20,000 bases of DNA from an uncultured virus (IMG/VR IMGVR_UViG_3300009159_008407) (Duplodnaviria; Heunggongvirae; Uroviricota; Caudoviricetes), in the IMG/VR virus record IMGVR_UViG_3300009159_008407; one strand, given 5' to 3'. Made by a program: the position numbers and the translations under genes. The notes under the pieces are model-generated. The model was not told the DNA's origin. It saw nothing but the letters and a program-made list of their open reading frames with translations, and ran no database searches. Shown in pieces: positions 8,336 through 16,307 of the stretch. The first letter of the stretch is position 1; each line of letters opens with the position of its first letter.

Positions 8336-9073
8336 ATGTCGAAAATAGTATTAGCATTCTCTGGTGGTATGGATTCTTCTGTCCTACTTCAAAAAGCGAT
8401 TGAACAGTTTGATGAAATTTATTGTTTATTTTTTGATTATGGTCAAAGACATAAAAAAGAACTAGATTGCGCTCATAAACAACTTATACGCCGTGTAGGT
8501 CATAAGAAAATTATCAAAATGAAAATTATTAATACACCACTAGATGTATTAGCACCAACTTCTTCTCTAACTAATCTAGATATTGATACACCAGACGTTA
8601 GAGAGATGAGAGGTGAGGCTCAACCGAAAAGCTACGTTGCATTCCGTAATATGCTTTTTATTACTTACCTTCTATCATATGCAGAAGGAGTTGGAGCGAG
8701 CACAGTTTGGTATGGAGCAGCTCAAGTTGATTCATTAGCAGGTTATTGGGATGGAAGCCCTGAGTTTCTAGATGCAATCAATGCAGTTGCTGACTTAAAT
8801 CGAGAGCATCGCATTAAAGTTGAAGCTCCTCTAATTACAATGTCTAAAAAAGAGATTATTGAAGAGGGTATTAGACTTGGTGTGAAGTTTAGCGATACTT
8901 GGACTTGCTATGCAGGTGAAGATAAAGCAGATGCTTATTCACCTTCTAGTAGTTTAAGGTTAGCTGGATTTGTTTCAGCAGGTTATATTGATCCAATCGA
9001 ATATAAACAAGACTTATCGTCTGTATGGGTTAAGCATAACTGCAAAAAAATCCCTTATGAGACTTATTTGTAA
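8336..9073 (+). CDS. queC: QueC-family (7-cyano-7-deazaguanine synthase-like) PP-loop ATPase, divergent
   Basis: SGGMDS PP-loop, DYGQRH, YVAFRN, APLITMSKKEII, TWTCY, DPIEY. The C-terminal Cys cluster is degenerate. Confidence 0.85.
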   Translation: MSKIVLAFSGGMDSSVLLQKAIEQFDEIYCLFFDYGQRHKKELDCAHKQLIRRVGHKKIIKMKIINTPLDVLAPTSSLTNLDIDTPDVREMRGEAQPKSYVAFRNMLFITYLLSYAEGVGASTVWYGAAQVDSLAGYWDGSPEFLDAINAVADLNREHRIKVEAPLITMSKKEIIEEGIRLGVKFSDTWTCYAGEDKADAYSPSSSLRLAGFVSAGYIDPIEYKQDLSSVWVKHNCKKIPYETYL

Positions 9074-10116
9074 AACATCTCCGCTCTAGCAGCTTGTTGC
9101 CAGGAATTTGCTGGCTTAAAACGGTCCTTGGTTGAAATGAATGTCACTTTTGGTTTGTGGTTTTCATTTTGAACAAGGACTTCCTCATCTTCAAATGGGT
9201 TTGCAAGACGTCTCTCAGAGTCATCTGGAGCAATAGTACCCATTCCATAACCTTGTAAATCAACACCAGTTCGTTGAGCTTTAGTTTTTGGTTTTTTAGA
9301 TTCAAACTCAGATTCAATATCCATTGTATGTGGTGAGCTTATAAAAATTTCCATATCTTCAGCATCAACTTTTAAATATTTCGGCAATACTTTTAAAAGT
9401 GAGTCAGCTGTTGCATCTGCACCGTTCTTTTTAACCTTATCTACAATTGCTGATTCAGGATCTAAAGATATATCAATATTAGTAGGTGTGCTAGTATCAT
9501 CCACATTAACTGATTTACCATTACTTGCAGCTGTTAAAATTCTAGCTACTAGTTTAATATCTAGAGGTACCTTAGATACTATATTAACTAAATAATCGGT
9601 AAACTCATAAGGGGCTATCGGTGATGTATCGTCAGCTGCAGCTTGTTTTTTATCTTTTGCAGCTTGCTTTTCAGCATCCATTTCTTCTTTGGTTTTAACA
9701 TTTTTAAATGCGTTAAATTCTTCAGCAGATCCGAATGTTTTACCACGATTTTGTCCTTTACCGCGTTCACGTAAAGATCTCACTTTAAGTCCAATCCAGT
9801 CACCTAAATTAGTTTTTATATACTCGTTGAATTCATCAGCAATTTCATCTTTAAGTAAACCTGTATCAATAAGATTTTTAATAAATTCACCTGCGTCAGC
9901 AGCAGCGCGTGAACCTTTAAAATATGTTTCATCTGGTACTACACCCTTCTCTTTCAAAAAGTTAATAATAAATTCAAACATTAACGGTCTTGCTGTACCA
10001 AGTTTTTTATCTTCAATAGCTTTTTTAAGGTAGCCTGTTTGGAAGAGCTTTTCAAAGCGGCCAGTTTTAGCTTCTTCAAGGATTTCTAGTTTGGTAACGA
10101 GAGAATTAAAATTCAT
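9064..10116 (-). CDS. hypothetical protein (350 aa), candidate late or virion-internal protein
   Basis: Long open frame, charged composition, late-promoter-like motif 5 nt upstream; no recognised domain. Confidence 0.7.
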   Translation of the reverse strand: MNFNSLVTKLEILEEAKTGRFEKLFQTGYLKKAIEDKKLGTARPLMFEFIINFLKEKGVVPDETYFKGSRAAADAGEFIKNLIDTGLLKDEIADEFNEYIKTNLGDWIGLKVRSLRERGKGQNRGKTFGSAEEFNAFKNVKTKEEMDAEKQAAKDKKQAAADDTSPIAPYEFTDYLVNIVSKVPLDIKLVARILTAASNGKSVNVDDTSTPTNIDISLDPESAIVDKVKKNGADATADSLLKVLPKYLKVDAEDMEIFISSPHTMDIESEFESKKPKTKAQRTGVDLQGYGMGTIAPDDSERRLANPFEDEEVLVQNENHKPKVTFISTKDRFKPANSWQQAARAEMFYK

Positions 10117-10121
10117 AAAAT

Positions 10122-10129
10122 TATTTATT
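10122..10129 (-). promoter_or_regulatory. late-promoter-like AATAAATA
   Basis: Minus strand reads AATAAATA-ATTTT-ATG. Confidence 0.6.
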
Positions 10130-10155
10130 GTTTTTTGTGTATTAACGTCTATATT
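10128..10155 (+). promoter_or_regulatory. sigma70-like promoter for the amidotransferase and GT-A genes
   Basis: TTGTTT(10128-10133)-N16-TATATT(10150-10155), 9 nt before ATG10165. Confidence 0.45.
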
Positions 10156-10164
10156 TAATATATT

Positions 10165-10866
10165 ATGTGTTCTATATTCGGTTCAGCCGATCAATCAATG
10201 TTTGAAGTTTTATATGAAGCTAATAAAGCTCGTGGAAACTTTGCATCGTCATTACTAACGCTGATGAAAGCACCAGCTGGTAATGTTGACGATGTAAGTA
10301 TTTTAAAGCAGGAAGGTTATATTAACTTCGAAAAGCAAAAGCTCAAACCTAAAAACCATGCTTACTATATGGGGCATGTACAAGCTCCAACATCTTCAGT
10401 AAGAAAATATAACTATGATACATCACATCCATTTGAGCAAGAAGATTGGCTTGTGTTTCATAATGGTGTTTTAACAAATCATGAAAGTTTGAATGAACAA
10501 TATTGTAATTGGAATGAAAATCCTGTAGATACATCTGTTATTGTGTGTATGATTCAAGAAAAATGGAATGAGCTCAAAGGTAATAAATCTCGATCTTCTT
10601 CTACTGATGAAGTTAAAATAATTGAAACGATATGCGAGAGACTTAATGGGACGTTTGCTCTCTGTATTGTTAACACTACATCCCTTAACGTCTACCTAGT
10701 AAGACAAGGTAGTACCCTCTATATTAATGATAATGGTAGTTATTCGTCTATTAAAGGAAAGGGTTGGGTTGAATTACCTGAAGGAAAGGTTGTTAAACTT
10801 ACAAAAGAGTATAAATTTAAAGAAGTTGGTAAATTCAAACCTAACTCCCCATTCTTAATTATATGA
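10165..10866 (+). CDS. class II (Ntn-hydrolase) glutamine amidotransferase domain protein
   Basis: N-terminal MCSIFG (Cys nucleophile), ARG, GHVQAPT, SHPF, VFHNGVLTN, VDTSVI, GTFAL. Confidence 0.85.
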   Translation: MCSIFGSADQSMFEVLYEANKARGNFASSLLTLMKAPAGNVDDVSILKQEGYINFEKQKLKPKNHAYYMGHVQAPTSSVRKYNYDTSHPFEQEDWLVFHNGVLTNHESLNEQYCNWNENPVDTSVIVCMIQEKWNELKGNKSRSSSTDEVKIIETICERLNGTFALCIVNTTSLNVYLVRQGSTLYINDNGSYSSIKGKGWVELPEGKVVKLTKEYKFKEVGKFKPNSPFLII

Positions 10867-11507
10867 TAAAATTCGTATCAGCAACCAAAGGTGATCCAAA
10901 ATCAACTTTACTATATCGCAGCACAAAAGATATATATGATGTATCTTGGGCAGCAAACAATACAGACCCTTTACCTATTGTCTATAATGATGCTATTGAC
11001 GATTTTATATTATCAGACTGGATTGTATTCGTACATGATGATGTTATTATAGAAGCACCTGAAGCAATTGAAAGGCAACTCTATAATCTTGGAACAAACT
11101 TTGATGTTGTAGGGCTAGCAGGAACAAGAGAAGCAAAATTACAGAAACCAGCATTATGGCATCTAATGAGTAATAGAAAACATCATAGAGGAGCTGTAGC
11201 TCATCTATGTGAACCTACAGGTACCAAGTTTATGACCAGTTTTGGTAGTTATCCTGATCGTGTTATACTAATTGATGGTGTGTTTATGGCTGTTAAAACA
11301 GAAGTATTACAAAAAGTAAGGTTTGATGAAACAAATCCTGCTGGGTTTCACTTTTATGACCTAGACTTTTCAATGGCTTGCCATAAAGCTGGCTTTAAAA
11401 TCGGTGTAGGTGATATAACTATCACTCATGCGTCACCTGGATTGAAAGAATTTACAGATGAGTGGAATAATGGTCAAGAATGGTTCTTGAATAAGTGGTC
11501 AAACTAA
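10863..11507 (+). CDS. GT-A fold glycosyltransferase (GT2-like)
   Basis: YNDAI, VFVHDDV (DxD-like), VVGLAG, IDGVFMAV, FHFYDLDFS. ATGA-coupled to the amidotransferase. Confidence 0.8.
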   Translation: MIKFVSATKGDPKSTLLYRSTKDIYDVSWAANNTDPLPIVYNDAIDDFILSDWIVFVHDDVIIEAPEAIERQLYNLGTNFDVVGLAGTREAKLQKPALWHLMSNRKHHRGAVAHLCEPTGTKFMTSFGSYPDRVILIDGVFMAVKTEVLQKVRFDETNPAGFHFYDLDFSMACHKAGFKIGVGDITITHASPGLKEFTDEWNNGQEWFLNKWSN

Positions 11508-12755
11508 GATATCTTCAATTGGTGAATCGTTATAAACGACTTCAATCGGTCTTAAATCTGGTGTCATTAGCTTCTTTCTTGGTGAAACACCTATTAAACT
11601 ATACATTGTAGCAGCTAGTTGACCAGGAGTTACTGGATTATTATCTGGTTCTGAAGCTAAAGCATCGGATGTACCATAAGCATATCCGGATTTGACACCA
11701 CCACCTGCTAGTACTGTTGAAAATACTCTTGGCCAATGATCTCTACCATTAGTTGCGTTAATTTTTGGTGTTCTACCAAATTCAGATGTTACCATTACCA
11801 GTGTAGAGCTAAGTAAACCACGTTGTTTAAGGTCTGTAATGAATGCAGCAAAGGCTCTATCAAAGTTAATCATGTTTTGCTCATATGATCCTTTAAGATT
11901 TGAGTGGTGATCCCATGAACCATACGTTACTGTAACCATTCTTACACCAGCTTCAATCAATCTACGAGATAATAACAGCCGTTGCCCAGCTGCATTACGA
12001 CCATATGCATCTTTTACCACATCTGGTTCTTTTGATAACTCAAACGCTTCACGTGCTTGTGTTGACGACATCATTGCATATGCATCATTATAAAACGAAT
12101 CCATTGCTTTAACAGCATCTACATTAGATTCACGGGTTTTAAAGTGTTCATCAACAGCACCAAGTAGGTTACGACGTCTATCAAATGCTTTATCATTAAT
12201 ACCTGCAGGTGAATTGAGATCTTTAACAGCAAATCCTGGATCTTCTGGGTTAGAACCTAGAGAAAATGCTCCATATTTTGTTGATAGATAACCTGTACCA
12301 TTTTCTGGTGCAAATTGGTTTGGAACAAGAACGTATGCTGGTAAATTGTTGCGATTTCCTAATTCATGACTAATAACACTACCAAAAGATGGGTAGCTTA
12401 GTGCTGGTGATGGCTTATAACCAGTCAACATATTATGTGTTCCACGCTCATGAGCAGCTTCGCCATGTGTCATTGAACGGATAACAGTTAAATTATCACT
12501 AATCTTAGCAGTTTCTTTAAGAAGTGACCCAAAAGTCACATCGTCAATTTTTGTTTTAATTGGATCAAATGGTCCTCTATATTCAGATGGTGCAAATGGC
12601 TTGTAATCCCATGAATCTTGATGACTCATACCACCTGGCAAATAAATCTGTACAACTGATGTTGCTTTTGCTTTGTTTTGTGATTGAGCTCTTAAAAAAT
12701 CAGGCAATAACATCGAACCAGCAGCACCAACTCGTATAAATTCACGTCTATTCAT
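11499..12755 (-). CDS. DUF1501-family protein with twin-arginine (Tat) signal
   Basis: MNRREFI Tat motif; GGMSHQDSWDYKP, VIRSM, YPSFGSVISHELG, YGRNAAGQRLLLSRRLIEAGVRMV, WDHH, SEFGRTPKIN, GRDHWP. Confidence 0.93.
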   Translation of the reverse strand: MNRREFIRVGAAGSMLLPDFLRAQSQNKAKATSVVQIYLPGGMSHQDSWDYKPFAPSEYRGPFDPIKTKIDDVTFGSLLKETAKISDNLTVIRSMTHGEAAHERGTHNMLTGYKPSPALSYPSFGSVISHELGNRNNLPAYVLVPNQFAPENGTGYLSTKYGAFSLGSNPEDPGFAVKDLNSPAGINDKAFDRRRNLLGAVDEHFKTRESNVDAVKAMDSFYNDAYAMMSSTQAREAFELSKEPDVVKDAYGRNAAGQRLLLSRRLIEAGVRMVTVTYGSWDHHSNLKGSYEQNMINFDRAFAAFITDLKQRGLLSSTLVMVTSEFGRTPKINATNGRDHWPRVFSTVLAGGGVKSGYAYGTSDALASEPDNNPVTPGQLAATMYSLIGVSPRKKLMTPDLRPIEVVYNDSPIEDILV

Positions 12756-12760
12756 ATGGT

Positions 12761-12768
12761 TATTTAAT
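12761..12768 (-). promoter_or_regulatory. late-promoter-like ATTAAATA
   Basis: Minus strand reads ATTAAATA-ACCAT-ATG. Confidence 0.6.
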
Positions 12769-12799
12769 ACTGTTTAAAAAATATACCACAATTACCATC

Positions 12800-12830
12800 T
12801 TGATATACTATATCTAGCTACTATTATAAT
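12800..12830 (+). promoter_or_regulatory. sigma70-like promoter for helicase
   Basis: TTGATA(12800-12805)-N16-TATTAT(12822-12827), with an overlapping TATAAT at 12825-12830; ATG at 12834. Confidence 0.6.
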
Positions 12831-12833
12831 GTA

Positions 12834-14153
12834 ATGTTAAAATTAGACTTGGACTTTTTTGAGAATATCTTTTTGTATAAATGCTGTACAGATAAACGAT
12901 ATCTTGCAACTACTATTGATTACACCAAATCAGATTATTTTAAAAACAGAGATAATAAAAAAATATTTGAGATTATCAAAGGATTTTATGATGTTCGCAA
13001 TGAATTACCTAATTTAACGGAAATAAAGCAGTATTGTGGTGATGAAGTAAGTAGATCATCATTTAAAAACGTGCTTACCAGCTTTCAAAGCCTTGATAAA
13101 AGCTTCAACGAAGATGAATTGTATGAAAATACCGAGCAATTTTTAAAAGAGAAGGCTGTTTTTAGTACTTTACTTGAGGTTGCTGCTGATATTTCAAGTA
13201 ATAAGGCTGATACCTCTGCAATTCTTGATAAATTTGAAAAAAGCTGTAATATATCTTTGCAGACTGATGTTGGATTAGACTTGTATGCAGATATTGATAA
13301 TGTAATCAAGCAAATCCAGGATGTACAGGAAACTATTCCAAGTACATGGCCTTGGTTGGATGATTATATTGGTGGGGGCTTTATGAGAGATGGTCGAGCT
13401 TTATATGTCTTTGCAGGTGAGACTAATATTGGTAAATCTATTTTTCTCGGCAATATTGCAGCTAATATAGCAGATCAGAATAAAACTGTACTGTTAATTA
13501 CGTTAGAAATGCCTGAAATATTGTATGCGAAACGTATTTGTACTAATGTAAGTAAGATTCCAATGAAGACTCTTCATTTAGAGACTGGATCTCTTAAAGC
13601 AGCCATTGAAGATATTAAGAAAAATAAGCCAGGTGGTAAGATTCTTATCAAAGAATTTCCTCCTGCAACAATGACTCCAAGGCAGATTCAAGCTTTCATT
13701 AAAAAAATTGAAGATAAAGGTATTAAAATTGATGCTATTGTGTTAGATTACTTGAATCTACTACATTCTCCAATGGGTAATAACAGTTATGAACGTATTA
13801 AACATGTAACTGAGCAGGTTCGTGCTATGTCATACATCTTTAGCTGTCCTGTTATTAGTGCAACCCAGCTTAATCGTTCAGGATTTGATGTTTCTAACCC
13901 TGATCTTAATACTATTAGTGAGTCTATCGGTCTTGCAGCTACTGCAGATGTTATTGTTTCTATCTTCCAGAATGATGAAGATAGAGAACTAGAGATTATT
14001 AAAATGGGTATGATGAAAAACCGATTTGGAGCACGTGGAACAACTACATCAATGAAAATAGATTATTCAACTTTAACTATTTCAGAAGCAGATGGCCAAA
14101 CAGGTGGTATGGAAAGTGAAATGTTAAGTTCATTGAGTATGTTTGCGAGTTGA
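12834..14153 (+). CDS. 41: replicative DNA helicase (gp41/DnaB-like, SF4)
   Basis: Walker A GETNIGKS, ITLEM, IKEFP, VLDYLNLL, SATQLNR, ISESIGLAATAD, KNRFG. Confidence 0.95.
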   Translation: MLKLDLDFFENIFLYKCCTDKRYLATTIDYTKSDYFKNRDNKKIFEIIKGFYDVRNELPNLTEIKQYCGDEVSRSSFKNVLTSFQSLDKSFNEDELYENTEQFLKEKAVFSTLLEVAADISSNKADTSAILDKFEKSCNISLQTDVGLDLYADIDNVIKQIQDVQETIPSTWPWLDDYIGGGFMRDGRALYVFAGETNIGKSIFLGNIAANIADQNKTVLLITLEMPEILYAKRICTNVSKIPMKTLHLETGSLKAAIEDIKKNKPGGKILIKEFPPATMTPRQIQAFIKKIEDKGIKIDAIVLDYLNLLHSPMGNNSYERIKHVTEQVRAMSYIFSCPVISATQLNRSGFDVSNPDLNTISESIGLAATADVIVSIFQNDEDRELEIIKMGMMKNRFGARGTTTSMKIDYSTLTISEADGQTGGMESEMLSSLSMFAS

Positions 14154-14168
14154 TTATTTGGAGTAACC

Positions 14169-14176
14169 TCTAAATA
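14169..14176 (+). promoter_or_regulatory. late-promoter-like TCTAAATA
   Basis: TCTAAATA-ATGAG-GTG(14182): same 5-nt spacing as the other late motifs. Confidence 0.5.
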
Positions 14177-14181
14177 ATGAG

Positions 14182-14508
14182 GTGAACCAAAGCTTTATAG
14201 ATTACCTTAAAGAAAAATTCAAAACAACACAGTTTTTTCAACTAAAACTCAACGGTAAAATGTTTGTAAGTTTTTTTGATACTGGTGTTGTAACACCTGA
14301 ATTTATTAAATTATGCCAAAAGAAGTTTAACTGCGATGTTTTACTAGTTGTTAACACTAAAAACAAAGAGGTTGTTGTGTATAAGAGTGAAATTTCTGAT
14401 GTTAACATCAATGATTTTAACAAAAAGGTGTTTAATAAAGGCTCAGGCCATATTTTCTCATTCACTAAAGAATTTTTAGGTCTAACCAAACATTTCAAGC
14501 CATGTTAA
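14182..14508 (+). CDS. hypothetical protein, possibly an isolated or degenerate DHHA1-like domain
   Basis: DVLLVVN...VVVYK...DVNINDF...KGSGH resembles the DHHA1 GGGH region; no DHH catalytic domain is present. Confidence 0.4.
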   Translation: MNQSFIDYLKEKFKTTQFFQLKLNGKMFVSFFDTGVVTPEFIKLCQKKFNCDVLLVVNTKNKEVVVYKSEISDVNINDFNKKVFNKGSGHIFSFTKEFLGLTKHFKPC

Positions 14509-14789
14509 TTACAAACAAAAACTATAATCCAGCCCACTTTTTGGTTGAAGATGAAACAGAGCACTCTTTATTATCTTTTTGTACATTTTGTACACTTCTA
14601 GTTGGTAAAAAACTTTCTTTTCAAAACGTATTTCTATTGATTCTTAAAGATATAAAATTGAAAAACATATTAAAGAGAATTTTAGACGTTGATTCTGACT
14701 TTGAAATAGTTAAAATGTTTATAGATTACGATAATACAATTACAAAGTCAAAATATGTCACAAAATACATCAATTCTCTCAAAAAATGA
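14502..14789 (+). CDS. hypothetical protein
   Basis: 95-aa ORF tightly packed in the operon. Confidence 0.65.
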   Translation: MLITNKNYNPAHFLVEDETEHSLLSFCTFCTLLVGKKLSFQNVFLLILKDIKLKNILKRILDVDSDFEIVKMFIDYDNTITKSKYVTKYINSLKK

Positions 14790-15444
14790 TATCACAGAAG
14801 ATGAAAAGAGAATTTATAATGCATTCTTAATTGCATCCAAAAAAGCTAAAAACAAACCATTCAGATTAAGACAAAATTTTACTGATATATCAGATGAAAT
14901 TTATATCAGTCTAAAAAAACTCGGTGTATTTTTTAATACAAACCAGACAATTTCATGTAATGACTTTTTCTGGGCACCATATGAAATTTATTCAAAAGAA
15001 GAATATTTTGATTTGAGTTTTTATCATATGAGAAAGGCAATTATTGCTTATTCTCAATATATGAGAAAAAAAGAAACTCAAGACCCAGATAATGAGCTAA
15101 CTATTCAAGATTGTAAAGATGCTCTTAAAAATATATACAATCAGTGTTTGCAAAATAGTATAACTCTATCACAGTACAAGACATCACAACCACCCGTACC
15201 GTTATTTTTAATTAACCTCAAATCCCATTTAATTAATTTCTATATATTACATGGGTTAGATGTGGAAAAACAAATTAAGAGTGTAGAACCAGAGTTATTA
15301 GACTTTTATTGTAAAGATTTTTACGATCTATTTTACAAAACCCGAAATAGATTTATTGCATCTCAAAGACTTAAAATAGTAATTAGAGAAGGATTAAAAA
15401 TAATTGAAAAAAAACTGTTGAATTTATCAAAACCTAATTTATAA
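14755..15444 (+). CDS. hypothetical protein, candidate gp59-like helicase loader
   Basis: 229 aa, basic and aromatic, directly upstream of gp32 as T4 gene 59 is. Function inferred from position and size only. Confidence 0.4.
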   Translation: MSQNTSILSKNDITEDEKRIYNAFLIASKKAKNKPFRLRQNFTDISDEIYISLKKLGVFFNTNQTISCNDFFWAPYEIYSKEEYFDLSFYHMRKAIIAYSQYMRKKETQDPDNELTIQDCKDALKNIYNQCLQNSITLSQYKTSQPPVPLFLINLKSHLINFYILHGLDVEKQIKSVEPELLDFYCKDFYDLFYKTRNRFIASQRLKIVIREGLKIIEKKLLNLSKPNL

Positions 15445-15445
15445 T
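15418..15445 (+). promoter_or_regulatory. sigma70-like promoter for gp32
   Basis: TTGAAT(15418-15423)-N16-TATAAT(15440-15445), 10 nt before ATG15456. Confidence 0.65.
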
Positions 15446-15455
15446 AAGATATACT

Positions 15456-16307
15456 ATGAGTAAATATAACCTAACGTCAATGTTCGATTCCATTAAAGAA
15501 GCTTTAACTTCGCAAGATAATAAGCAAGGAAGTTTGCAAGATATTATGCAACTTAAACCTGGTAATACCTATACAGTAAGGCTTCTACCTAATACAAAAA
15601 ATCCAAAGCAGTCTCTTTTTCATCATTTTACGCATGGTTGGAATTCTCTTGCTACTGGTAAGTATGTAAGTGCTATTTCACCTACTACATTCGGTGAACG
15701 TGATCCTATTGCTGAAGAAAGATATAAAGTTCTTCGTACCGGTACTGAAGAAGAAAAAGAGAAAATGAAAACTATTCGTCGTGCCGAACAATGGCTTACT
15801 AATGTTTATGTAATTGATGATCCGTCTAAGCCAGAAAATAACGGCAAAGTAAAAATTCTTCGTTATGGTAAACAGCTTGGTAATATTATCAATAGCGCTA
15901 TTAGTGGTGATGAAGCTGAAGAGTTCGGTATGCGAGTTTTTGATCTATCTAAAGAAGGTGTTAACTTCAAGATTAAGGTTGAAAAGCAAGGTGACTATCC
16001 AGTATATACTTCTTCACGATTTACTTCTGTGGGTAAAGATCTTGGTTTGAGTGAATCCAAGCAAGATGAAGTTCTTGAGTCTACACATGACCTTGAAAAT
16101 GTATTCCGGGTTAAGACTGAAGATGAGCTTAAGCAAATGCTTGATGAGCATTTTTATTGTAAGACCGCTGAAGACCGTGAAACTACAACTTCATTACCTG
16201 AAGCAGATGAAGCGATTGCAGAGCTTAGTAATAAGGTTAAGCAACCATCAGTTAATTCTTCTAGTATTGAAGATGCTGATATCGATGAACTTCTTAAAGA
16301 TCTATGA
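15456..16307 (+). CDS. 32: single-stranded DNA-binding protein (gp32-like)
   Basis: VRLLP, HGW, SPTTFGERDPI, NVYVIDDPSKPENNGKVKILRYGKQL, FDLSKEGVNFKIK, YPVYTSSRF, acidic tail DIDELLKDL. Confidence 0.92.
   Translation: MSKYNLTSMFDSIKEALTSQDNKQGSLQDIMQLKPGNTYTVRLLPNTKNPKQSLFHHFTHGWNSLATGKYVSAISPTTFGERDPIAEERYKVLRTGTEEEKEKMKTIRRAEQWLTNVYVIDDPSKPENNGKVKILRYGKQLGNIINSAISGDEAEEFGMRVFDLSKEGVNFKIKVEKQGDYPVYTSSRFTSVGKDLGLSESKQDEVLESTHDLENVFRVKTEDELKQMLDEHFYCKTAEDRETTTSLPEADEAIAELSNKVKQPSVNSSSIEDADIDELLKDL

Noticed and set aside
3150..14153. Inteins or introns in polymerase, UvsX or helicase
   Set aside because: Lengths and motif spacing are normal and no intein-type insertions or splice-junction motifs were seen.
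15670..15720. gp32 lacks the T4 zinc cysteines (SPTTFGERDPI)
   Set aside because: Zn-free gp32 variants are common in non-enteric T4-like phages, so this is not novel.
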